Positions 28,412 through 41,274 of a stretch of DNA of 64,000 nt are shown in pieces; positions within the stretch are counted from its first letter, which is position 1; each line of letters begins with the position of its first letter. Source of the stretch: Escherichia coli. Its GTDB lineage: Bacteria; Pseudomonadota; Gammaproteobacteria; Enterobacterales; Enterobacteriaceae. The notes beneath the pieces were generated by a model. The model saw nothing but the letters and a program-made list of their open reading frames with translations. It made no database searches and was not told the origin of the DNA. The position numbers and the translations under genes are program-made. The stretch is from assembly GCF_024502345.1 (NCBI RefSeq), contig NZ_JALDNN010000001.1. One strand, 5' to 3'.

Positions 28412-29260
28412 ATGAAACTCTTTGCCCAGGGTACTTCACTGGACCTTAGCCATCCTCACGTAATGGGGATCCTCAACGTCACGCCTGATTCCTTTTCGGA
28501 TGGTGGCACGCATAACTCGCTGATAGATGCGGTGAAACATGCGAATCTGATGATCAACGCTGGCGCGACGATCATTGACGTTGGTGGCGAGTCCACGCGG
28601 CCAGGGGCGGCGGAAGTTAGCGTTGAAGAAGAGTTGCAACGTGTTATTCCTGTGGTTGAGGCAATTGCTCAACGCTTCGAAGTCTGGATCTCGGTCGATA
28701 CATCCAAACCAGAAGTCATCCGTGAGTCAGCAAAAGTTGGCGCTCACATTATTAACGATATCCGCTCCCTTTCCGAACCTGGCGCTCTGGAGGCGGCTGC
28801 AGAAACCGGTTTACCGGTTTGTCTGATGCATATGCAGGGAAATCCAAAAACCATGCAGGAAGCCCCGAAGTATGACGATGTCTTTGCAGAAGTGAATCGC
28901 TACTTTATTGAGCAAATAGCACGTTGCGAGCAGGCGGGTATCGCAAAAGAGAAATTGTTGCTCGACCCCGGATTCGGTTTCGGTAAAAATCTCTCCCATA
29001 ACTATTCATTACTGGCGCGCCTGGCTGAATTTCACCATTTCAACCTGCCGCTGTTGGTGGGTATGTCACGAAAATCGATGATTGGGCAGCTGCTGAACGT
29101 GGGGCCGTCCGAGCGCCTGAGCGGTAGTCTGGCCTGTGCGGTCATTGCCGCAATGCAAGGCGCGCACATCATTCGTGTTCATGACGTCAAAGAAACCGTA
29201 GAAGCGATGCGGGTGGTGGAAGCCACTCTGTCTGCAAAGGAAAACAAACGCTATGAGTAA
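28412..29260 (+). CDS. folP: dihydropteroate synthase FolP
   Basis: 282 aa from ATG at 28412 ([12 protein letters not shown]); track ORF is 22 codons longer. Confidence 0.93.
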
Positions 29261-30590
29261 TCGTAAATATTTCGGTACCGATGGGATTCGTGGTCGTGTA
29301 GGGGATGCGCCGATCACACCTGATTTTGTGCTTAAGCTGGGTTGGGCCGCGGGTAAAGTGCTGGCGCGCCACGGCTCCCGTAAGATTATTATTGGTAAAG
29401 ACACGCGTATTTCTGGCTATATGCTGGAGTCAGCACTGGAAGCGGGTCTGGCGGCAGCGGGCCTTTCCGCACTCTTCACTGGCCCGATGCCAACACCGGC
29501 CGTGGCTTATCTGACGCGTACCTTCCGCGCAGAGGCCGGAATTGTGATATCTGCATCGCATAACCCGTTCTACGATAATGGCATTAAATTCTTCTCTATC
29601 GACGGCACCAAACTGCCGGATGCGGTAGAAGAGGCCATCGAAGCGGAAATGGAAAAGGAGATCAGCTGCGTTGATTCGGCAGAACTGGGTAAAGCCAGCC
29701 GTATCGTTGATGCCGCGGGTCGCTATATCGAGTTTTGCAAAGCCACGTTCCCGAACGAACTTAGCCTCAGTGAACTGAAGATTGTGGTGGATTGTGCAAA
29801 CGGTGCGACTTATCACATCGCGCCGAACGTGCTGCGCGAACTGGGGGCGAACGTTATCGCTATCGGTTGTGAGCCAAACGGTGTAAACATCAATGCCGAA
29901 GTGGGGGCTACCGACGTTCGCGCGCTCCAGGCTCGTGTGCTGGCTGAAAAAGCGGATCTCGGTATTGCCTTCGACGGCGACGGCGATCGCGTGATTATGG
30001 TTGACCATGAAGGCAATAAAGTCGATGGCGATCAGATCATGTATATCATCGCGCGTGAAGGTCTTCGTCAGGGCCAGCTGCGTGGTGGCGCTGTGGGTAC
30101 ATTGATGAGCAACATGGGGCTTGAACTGGCGCTGAAACAGTTAGGAATTCCATTTGCGCGCGCGAAAGTGGGTGACCGCTACGTACTGGAAAAAATGCAG
30201 GAGAAAGGCTGGCGTATCGGTGCAGAGAATTCCGGTCATGTGATCCTGCTGGATAAAACCACTACCGGTGACGGCATCGTTGCTGGCTTGCAGGTGCTGG
30301 CGGCGATGGCACGTAACCATATGAGCCTGCACGACCTTTGCAGCGGCATGAAAATGTTCCCGCAGATTCTGGTTAACGTACGTTACACCGCAGGTAGCGG
30401 CGATCCACTTGAGCATGAGTCAGTTAAAGCCGTGACCGCAGAGGTTGAAGCTGCGCTGGGCAACCGTGGACGCGTGTTGCTGCGTAAATCCGGCACCGAA
30501 CCGTTAATTCGCGTGATGGTGGAAGGCGAAGACGAAGCGCAGGTGACTGAATTTGCACACCGCATCGCCGATGCAGTAAAAGCCGTTTAA
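29253..30590 (+). CDS. glmM: phosphoglucosamine mutase GlmM
   Basis: 445 aa; active-site serine context SASHNP; 8-nt overlap with folP. Confidence 0.95.
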
Positions 30591-30608
30591 AGCGATAAAT
30601 GACTGGCT

Positions 30609-30636
30609 AAAAAGGCGGCGATTGTCGCCTTTTTTC
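30609..30636 (+). terminator. intrinsic terminator after glmM
   Basis: AAAAAGGCGGCGATTGTCGCCTTTTTTC. Confidence 0.7.
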
Positions 30637-30817
30637 TCAGCGAACACATCGGTTTTGCTGTTTTTTTCCGCAGTTGATACAATGCGATAAAATTGCCCTT
30701 GCGAAGGTCATTCGCTTTGGTTAGTATTCACACCCGCTTCAGTGGGAAAGATTAAAAACTCCCGCTTTATTGGTTGAAGCATTGGTACGCGGCAACTCCG
30801 CAAGGAACAGGTTGATT

Positions 30818-31150
30818 ATGTACGAAGCTCTTTTGGTAGTTTTCCTTATTGTGGCAATTGGCCTTGTTGGTCTGATCATGCTGCAGCAAGGTAAAGGCGC
30901 TGATATGGGAGCCTCCTTCGGAGCAGGCGCTTCCGCTACGCTGTTTGGTTCAAGTGGTTCTGGTAACTTCATGACCCGCATGACGGCGCTGCTGGCAACG
31001 TTATTCTTCATCATCAGTCTGGTGCTGGGTAACATCAATAGCAACAAAACCAATAAAGGTAGCGAATGGGAAAATCTGAGTGCACCGGCGAAAACCGAAC
31101 AAACTCAGCCAGCTGCTCCGGCTAAGCCGACCAGCGATATCCCGAACTAA
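30818..31150 (+). CDS. secG: protein translocase subunit SecG
   Basis: 110 aa from ATG at 30818 (MYEALLVVFLIVAIGL). Confidence 0.93.
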   Translation: MYEALLVVFLIVAIGLVGLIMLQQGKGADMGASFGAGASATLFGSSGSGNFMTRMTALLATLFFIISLVLGNINSNKTNKGSEWENLSAPAKTEQTQPAAPAKPTSDIPN

Positions 31151-31164
31151 AAAGTAGTATCCGT

Positions 31165-31251
31165 GCCGAGGTGGTGGAATTGGTAGACACGCTACCTTGA
31201 GGTGGTAGTGCCCAATAGGGCTTACGGGTTCAAGTCCCGTCCTCGGTACCA
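31165..31251 (+). tRNA. leuU: tRNA-Leu (anticodon GAG)
   Basis: 87 nt; acceptor stem GCCGAGG/CCTCGGT, anticodon loop CTTGAGG, long variable arm, 3' CCA encoded. Confidence 0.9.
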
Positions 31252-31262
31252 AATTCCAGAAA

Positions 31263-31288
31263 AGAGACGCTGAAAAGCGTCTTTTTTC
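31263..31288 (+). terminator. intrinsic terminator after secG-leuU
   Basis: Hairpin AGACGCTGAAAAGCGTCT followed by TTTTTT. Confidence 0.75.
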
Positions 31289-31325
31289 GTTTTATAAGCC
31301 AGGTTAAGTATTCTTAATTTGATAA

Positions 31326-32279
31326 CTATTTACCTAGGCATAAATCTGTTTCATCTAGTTTGAAATCTGTAATTTCTAACTTTTGCATTATTACCGGAAG
31401 CACTTGGTGAATTATTCTCATGCCAGTAAGGATCTCGTTCATGTATATATCTGGATGAATGCGAGATTTATTGAAATCGAAACGTTCGGCTTCTGCTGCA
31501 ACGCTAAGTTGGTCAGCGGTGTTATAAACCATTTCCAGAAGTTCGGCTCTTAACGGAATTCCCGCCCTGAATGCCATCATCTTGAGTTGATTCAACCAAT
31601 TTTCGTAGTCTTTTTTAACTCTATAACGAAATTCTTTAAAGTTTGACGCAACAGGAGTATCAATTTCAATTTTGCATGCAGCAAGTGATATCAATGAACT
31701 CTGAATATTGATGGCTTCGCTTGAATAGACATCTAAATCGTCGTCCTGAATCAACTCATCAACATATGCTATGTAGAAACCATAAACATCATTCAGAGCA
31801 TGATAAATATCATTAATTACAGAACAATGAGCATTGCTCTCTAATATCTCCCAAAAAGCCTCTTCTTCATCAGCATTATCGTCGTCAATATTAAGTCCTT
31901 CAGGAAAGGAAAGAGGTGTAGGAAAACCTATTCGCTTTAATACATCAATTGTTTCTTCAACCAAAAAACCATCTTCGTCAGTAAGAAGTTGTGTTATATA
32001 ACCCGTTTCAGCATCGTCCATAGCTCGTCGAGCAAGAAAATGGATAAGTCGATCCCATTTCTCAGCATTCGCGACTGAGCCTGTCCATTCAACTAGTTGA
32101 GGAGAATAATCTCCTATTTGTGTAATATTTCTGAACTTTTTTTCCATATCAGCGGACATGTGTTCCCCTTTTTTCCACTTGCTAATTTGTGTTGAGGAAA
32201 CACCTAAGTGGCTTGCTAAATCTTTTTGAGTGCATTTCAGAGTATGTAATGCGAGGCGTACAAAATATTCACCATTCAT
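31326..32279 (-). CDS. hypothetical protein, N-terminal XRE/Cro-type HTH plus unrecognised acidic C-terminal domain; occupies the slot held by yhbX in K-12
   Basis: 954-nt ORF (317 aa) with AAGGA 7 nt before the ATG; N-terminus TQKDLASHLGVSSTQISKWKKGE fits the Cro/C1 HTH pattern; AT-rich (about 33-36% G+C by hand count); function unknown. Confidence 0.75.
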   Translation of the reverse strand: MNGEYFVRLALHTLKCTQKDLASHLGVSSTQISKWKKGEHMSADMEKKFRNITQIGDYSPQLVEWTGSVANAEKWDRLIHFLARRAMDDAETGYITQLLTDEDGFLVEETIDVLKRIGFPTPLSFPEGLNIDDDNADEEEAFWEILESNAHCSVINDIYHALNDVYGFYIAYVDELIQDDDLDVYSSEAINIQSSLISLAACKIEIDTPVASNFKEFRYRVKKDYENWLNQLKMMAFRAGIPLRAELLEMVYNTADQLSVAAEAERFDFNKSRIHPDIYMNEILTGMRIIHQVLPVIMQKLEITDFKLDETDLCLGK

Positions 32280-32290
32280 CGGTCATTCCT

Positions 32291-32379
32291 TTTACTGAGC
32301 ATAAAAACATAAAGTAAAAATAGAATGCGCTGAAATTTACTTTATTTCATTTAACTTTTACTTTAATTCCGAATTCGGA
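32291..32379. promoter_or_regulatory. repeat-rich putative promoter/operator of the 317-aa HTH gene
   Basis: TTTACT at 32291 with inverted AGTAAA at 32313; direct TTTACTTTA at 32336 and 32357 (21-nt spacing); perfect 12-bp palindrome TCCGAATTCGGA at 32368-32379. Confidence 0.3.
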
Positions 32380-32418
32380 CATGGTGGCCCCTAAACGCAG
32401 TCACATTCTCTTAGCCGT

Positions 32419-32443
32419 AAAAAAAGGCCGCATTTGCGGCCTT
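32419..32443 (-). terminator. intrinsic terminator after argG
   Basis: On the minus strand: GGCCGCAAATGCGGCC followed by TTTTTTT. Confidence 0.75.
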
Positions 32444-32462
32444 TAGCACGAAAGCTATGATA

Positions 32463-33821
<1,359 letters not shown>

Positions 33822-33857
33822 TTAATTAACTGATGATGAGCCTGGATTTCCGCTCTC

Positions 33858-33895
33858 ACTGAATTTTTATGCAAAATAAATGAGTTTTCATTTAA
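33858..33895. promoter_or_regulatory. two adjacent ARG-box-like sites (ArgR operator) upstream of argG
   Basis: ACTGAATTTTTATGCAAA and AAATGAGTTTTCATTTAA resemble the TnTGAATwwwwATTCAnw consensus; 50-90 bp upstream of the argG ATG. Confidence 0.5.
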
Positions 33896-34153
33896 TCATC
33901 TTTTATCGGAGACAGGAAGAGTTTAGTGTGTTTTTTGTAAAATAATGCGCTTAAGGGAGAGCAGGAGAAGGCAAAAGTATTCAACAAATGAAAGTGAACT
34001 GGATATTCATTCACGTGATTAGCAATAAACGTTGACAAAATGTGGCATGGATCACTATAATGCCTGCAGATTTTACGTCCCGTCTCGGTACACCAAATCC
34101 CAGCAGTATTTGCATCTTTTACCCAAAACGAGTAGAATTTGCCACGTTTCAGG

Positions 34154-34230
<77 letters not shown>

Positions 34231-34351
34231 CTTTCCCTTAGAGTCCTTTTTCAAATATACTGTGAAGACTTCGGCCTTCGTAGTGGGATTTGAAAAAATC
34301 CTTCTGGAAAGTGCTCCAGACCGCAGTTGCGGTTATAGGGTTCAGTTATAT

Positions 34352-34378
34352 AAAGCCCCGATTTATCGGGGTTTTTTG
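34352..34378 (+). terminator. terminator/attenuator-like hairpin between metY and rimP
   Basis: AAAGCCCCGATTTATCGGGGTTTTTTG; a second weaker hairpin plus T7 run follows at about 34398-34420. Confidence 0.5.
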
Positions 34379-34436
34379 TTATCTGACTACAGAATAACTG
34401 GGCTTTAGGCCCTTTTTTTATGTCTTGGGGGTGGGC

Positions 34437-34889
34437 TTGTCCACATTAGAGCAAAAATTAACAGAGATGATTACTGCGCCAGTTGAGGCCCTGGGTTTTG
34501 AACTGGTTGGCATCGAATTTATTCGCGGTCGCACATCCACACTGCGCATCTATATTGATAGTGAAGATGGCATCAATGTTGATGATTGTGCTGATGTGAG
34601 CCACCAGGTAAGTGCTGTGCTGGATGTTGAAGATCCCATCACCGTTGCTTATAACCTGGAAGTCTCCTCACCGGGTCTCGATCGCCCACTGTTCACGGCT
34701 GAACACTACGCCCGTTTTGTCGGAGAAGAGGTGACTCTGGTTCTCCGTATGGCGGTACAAAACCGTCGTAAATGGCAGGGCGTTATCAAAGCGGTAGACG
34801 GTGAAATGATCACAGTTACCGTCGAAGGTAAAGATGAAGTGTTCGCGCTGAGTAATATCCAGAAGGCGAACCTGGTTCCCCACTTTTAA
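34437..34889 (+). CDS. rimP: ribosome maturation factor RimP
   Basis: 150 aa if initiated at TTG 34437 ([11 protein letters not shown]); exact start uncertain, track ORF begins at an upstream TTG. Confidence 0.85.
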
Positions 34890-34916
34890 TAGTCTGGATG
34901 AGGTGAAAAGCCCGCG

Positions 34917-36404
<1,488 letters not shown>

Positions 36405-36428
36405 TAAACTGTAGCAGGAAGGAACAGC

Positions 36429-39101
36429 ATGACAGATGTAACGATTAAAACGCTGGCCGCAGAGCGACAGACCTCCGTGGAACGCCTGGTACAGCAATTT
36501 GCTGATGCAGGTATCCGGAAGTCTGCTGACGACTCTGTGTCTGCACAAGAGAAACAGACTTTGATTGACCACCTGAATCAGAAAAATTCAGGCCCGGACA
36601 AATTGACGCTGCAACGTAAAACACGCAGCACCCTTAACATTCCTGGTACCGGTGGAAAAAGCAAATCGGTACAAATCGAAGTCCGCAAGAAACGCACCTT
36701 TGTGAAACGCGATCCGCAAGAGGCTGAACGCCTTGCAGCGGAAGAGCAAGCGCAGCGTGAAGCGGAAGAGCAAGCCCGTCGTGAGGCAGAAGAATCGGCT
36801 AAACGCGAGGCGCAACAAAAAGCTGAACGTGAGGCCGCAGAACAAGCTAAGCGTGAAGCTGCTGAACAAGCGAAACGTGAAGCTGCGGAAAAAGACAAAG
36901 TGAGCAATCAACAAGACGATATGACTAAAAACGCCCAGGCTGAAAAAGCCCGCCGTGAGCAGGAAGCTGCAGAGCTCAAGCGTAAAGCTGAAGAAGAAGC
37001 GCGTCGTAAACTCGAAGAAGAAGCACGTCGCGTTGCTGAAGAAGCACGTCGTATGGCGGAAGAAAACAAATGGACTGATAACGCGGAACCGACTGAAGAT
37101 TCCAGCGATTATCACGTCACTACTTCTCAACATGCTCGCCAGGCAGAAGACGAAAGCGATCGTGAAGTCGAAGGCGGCCGTGGCCGTGGTCGTAACGCGA
37201 AAGCAGCGCGTCCGAAGAAAGGCAACAAACACGCTGAATCAAAAGCTGATCGTGAAGAAGCACGCGCAGCAGTACGTGGCGGTAAAGGCGGAAAACGTAA
37301 AGGTTCTTCCCTGCAGCAAGGCTTCCAGAAGCCTGCTCAGGCCGTTAACCGTGACGTTGTGATCGGCGAAACCATCACCGTTGGCGAACTGGCGAACAAG
37401 ATGGCGGTTAAAGGCTCTCAGGTCATCAAAGCGATGATGAAACTGGGCGCAATGGCAACCATCAACCAGGTTATCGATCAGGAAACCGCACAGCTGGTTG
37501 CTGAAGAGATGGGCCACAAAGTTATCCTGCGTCGTGAAAACGAGCTGGAAGAGGCGGTAATGAGCGACCGTGACACGGGTGCTGCGGCTGAACCGCGCGC
37601 GCCGGTTGTGACCATCATGGGTCACGTTGACCACGGTAAAACCTCTCTGCTGGACTACATTCGTTCAACGAAAGTTGCCTCTGGCGAAGCGGGCGGCATT
37701 ACCCAGCACATTGGTGCATACCACGTTGAAACTGAAAACGGCATGATCACCTTCCTGGACACCCCGGGGCACGCCGCGTTTACTTCAATGCGTGCACGTG
37801 GTGCGCAGGCAACGGACATCGTAGTCCTGGTTGTTGCTGCCGACGACGGCGTGATGCCGCAGACCATCGAAGCAATCCAGCACGCGAAAGCGGCGCAGGT
37901 ACCGGTGGTGGTTGCAGTGAACAAGATTGATAAACCAGAAGCCGATCCGGATCGTGTTAAGAACGAACTCTCCCAGTATGGCATCCTGCCGGAAGAGTGG
38001 GGCGGTGAAAGCCAGTTCGTACACGTATCTGCGAAAGCGGGTACCGGCATCGATGAACTGCTGGACGCTATCCTGCTGCAGGCGGAAGTTCTGGAGCTGA
38101 AAGCGGTACGTAAAGGTATGGCGAGCGGTGCGGTTATCGAATCCTTCCTCGATAAAGGTCGTGGTCCGGTTGCTACCGTTCTGGTACGTGAAGGTACTCT
38201 GCACAAGGGCGATATCGTTCTGTGTGGCTTCGAATACGGTCGTGTTCGTGCGATGCGTAACGAACTGGGTCAGGAAGTGCTGGAAGCGGGTCCGTCCATT
38301 CCGGTGGAAATCCTCGGCCTGTCCGGCGTACCGGCTGCGGGTGATGAAGTTACCGTTGTACGTGACGAGAAGAAAGCGCGTGAAGTTGCACTGTATCGTC
38401 AGGGTAAATTCCGCGAAGTTAAACTGGCGCGTCAGCAGAAATCTAAACTCGAGAACATGTTCGCCAACATGACCGAAGGCGAAGTTCACGAAGTGAACAT
38501 TGTCCTGAAGGCAGACGTACAGGGTTCTGTGGAAGCGATCTCCGACTCCTTGCTGAAACTGTCTACTGACGAAGTTAAAGTGAAGATCATCGGTTCTGGC
38601 GTAGGTGGTATCACCGAAACCGACGCCACCCTGGCTGCGGCGTCCAACGCCATCCTGGTTGGCTTTAATGTACGTGCTGATGCCTCTGCACGTAAAGTGA
38701 TTGAAGCGGAAAGCCTGGATCTGCGTTACTACTCCGTCATCTATAACCTGATCGACGAAGTGAAAGCGGCAATGAGCGGTATGCTGTCTCCGGAACTGAA
38801 ACAACAGATTATCGGTCTGGCGGAAGTTCGTGACGTATTCAAATCACCGAAATTTGGTGCCATTGCAGGTTGTATGGTTACCGAAGGTGTGGTTAAACGT
38901 CACAACCCGATCCGCGTTCTGCGCGACAACGTGGTTATCTACGAAGGCGAGCTGGAGTCCCTGCGCCGCTTCAAAGATGACGTTAACGAAGTCCGTAACG
39001 GTATGGAATGTGGTATCGGCGTTAAGAACTACAACGATGTCCGCACTGGCGATGTGATCGAAGTATTCGAGATCATCGAAATCCAACGTACCATCGCTTA
39101 A
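36429..39101 (+). CDS. infB: translation initiation factor IF-2
   Basis: 890 aa; repetitive [11 protein letters not shown]-terminal region, G domain ([18 protein letters not shown]). Confidence 0.97.
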
Positions 39102-39114
39102 GGTTGTCTGGGTT

Positions 39115-39188
39115 GTAGGCCGGATAAGGCTTTTACGCCGCATCCGGCAGCCGTTGCCTGATGTGACGCTGGCGCGTCTTATCAGGCC
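39115..39188. repeat. REP (repetitive extragenic palindrome) pair
   Basis: GTAGGCCGGATAAGGC...ACGCCGCATCCGGCA and GCCTGATGTGACGCTGGCGCGTCTTATCAGGCC. Confidence 0.7.
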
Positions 39189-39223
39189 AACGTGAACAGC
39201 CCTTCCACCTGAAATTAATTTTA

Positions 39224-39249
39224 AAAAGGGGCTAACAGCCCCTTTTTTG
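39224..39249 (+). terminator. hairpin plus T-run immediately upstream of rbfA
   Basis: AAAAGGGGCTAACAGCCCCTTTTTTG. Confidence 0.55.
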
Positions 39250-39264
39250 TCAGGAGAATTTATT

Positions 39265-39666
39265 ATGGCGAAAGAATTTGGTCGCCCGCAGCGCGTAGCG
39301 CAGGAAATGCAAAAAGAGATCGCTCTCATCCTGCAGCGTGAAATTAAAGATCCTCGCCTGGGCATGATGACCACCGTTTCCGGTGTCGAAATGTCTCGCG
39401 ACCTGGCGTATGCCAAAGTATATGTGACGTTCCTCAACGACAAAGATGAAGACGCGGTTAAAGCGGGCATCAAAGCGTTGCAAGAAGCTTCTGGTTTCAT
39501 CCGCAGCCTGCTGGGGAAAGCGATGCGCCTGCGTATCGTGCCGGAACTGACCTTCTTCTACGACAACTCTCTGGTTGAAGGGATGCGCATGTCAAACCTG
39601 GTGACCAGCGTGGTCAAACATGACGAAGAACGTCGTGTTAACCCGGACGACAGCAAGGAGGACTAA
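39265..39666 (+). CDS. rbfA: ribosome-binding factor A
   Basis: 133 aa from ATG at 39265 ([15 protein letters not shown]). Confidence 0.93.
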
Positions 39667-40610
39667 TGAGTCGTCCTCGTCGTCGCGGTCGCGACATTAA
39701 CGGCGTTTTGTTGCTGGATAAACCGCAGGGTATGTCCAGCAATGATGCGCTGCAAAAAGTGAAACGGATTTATAACGCCAACCGTGCCGGGCATACCGGT
39801 GCGCTGGACCCGCTGGCAACTGGCATGTTGCCAATTTGCCTCGGGGAAGCGACGAAGTTTTCCCAGTATCTGCTGGACTCCGACAAACGCTATCGGGTCA
39901 TTGCGCGTCTTGGACAGCGTACCGATACTTCTGATGCCGACGGACAAATCGTTGAAGAACGTCCGGTAACCTTTAGCGCAGAGCAACTGGCGGCGGCGCT
40001 GGATACTTTCCGTGGCGATATCGAACAGATCCCTTCGATGTATTCAGCACTGAAATATCAGGGTAAAAAACTGTACGAATATGCGCGTCAGGGCATTGAA
40101 GTACCGCGTGAAGCGCGCCCGATTACCGTTTATGAATTGCTGTTTATTCGCCACGAAGGCAATGAGCTGGAGCTGGAAATTCACTGCTCAAAAGGCACTT
40201 ATATCCGCACCATCATTGATGACCTGGGTGAAAAACTCGGTTGTGGCGCGCATGTTATTTACCTGCGTCGTCTGGCGGTAAGTAAATATCCGGTTGAACG
40301 GATGGTGACCCTGGAACATCTGCGTGAACTGGTCGAACAAGCCGAACAGCAGGATATTCCGGCTGCGGAGTTACTTGATCCATTACTGATGCCAATGGAC
40401 AGTCCAGCTTCGGACTACCCGGTGGTGAATCTTCCGTTAACGTCTTCTGTTTACTTCAAAAATGGTAACCCAGTTCGTACATCCGGTGCGCCGCTGGAAG
40501 GACTGGTTCGCGTTACAGAAGGTGAGAACGGCAAATTTATCGGTATGGGCGAAATTGACGATGAAGGCCGCGTTGCGCCTCGTCGTCTGGTGGTTGAATA
40601 CCCGGCGTAA
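39666..40610 (+). CDS. truB: tRNA pseudouridine-55 synthase TruB
   Basis: 314 aa; catalytic Asp context [12 protein letters not shown]. Confidence 0.95.
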
Positions 40611-40662
40611 TGTTAACCGTCTTGCGATAACAGGTCGCTACGAGTAGAATACTGCCGCTTAA

Positions 40663-41137
<475 letters not shown>

Positions 41138-41274
41138 AGGTTCGCGCGGCTAATGAGAGGCTTTACCCACATTGGGCTGGGTTAGGGTTGTCATTAGTCG
41201 CGAGGATGCGCAGAAGATCGGGTATTAACACCAGTGCCGTAAGGTACTGTCTAAGAAAGAGAAAGGATATTACA

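Noticed and set aside
32381-32446. 21-codon ORF (MVAPKRSHILLAVKKGRICGL) on the plus strand upstream of the HTH gene
   Set aside because: It runs through the argG terminator hairpin and has no ribosome-binding site; most likely chance.
31165-32462. Possibility that the leuU-adjacent cassette is a tRNA-integrated genomic island or prophage remnant
   Set aside because: No integrase or recombinase ORF, no direct repeat of the tRNA 3' end, and the cassette is only about 1.1 kb. It looks like allelic replacement in a fixed slot, not a site-specific integration event. The cassette itself is still reported as a finding.
34352-34378. The metY-rimP hairpin shares the motif AGCCCCGATTT...ATCGGGG plus T-run with the deaD terminator at 46514-46544
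   Set aside because: A short GC-stem terminator motif recurring twice in 64 kb is within chance expectation for terminators; no evidence of a mobile or repeated element.
36720-37060. Periodic repeats in the infB 5' region that could resemble a repeat array
   Set aside because: They are in-frame codon repeats ([10 protein letters not shown] units) inside a conserved CDS, with no spacer structure; not a CRISPR array.
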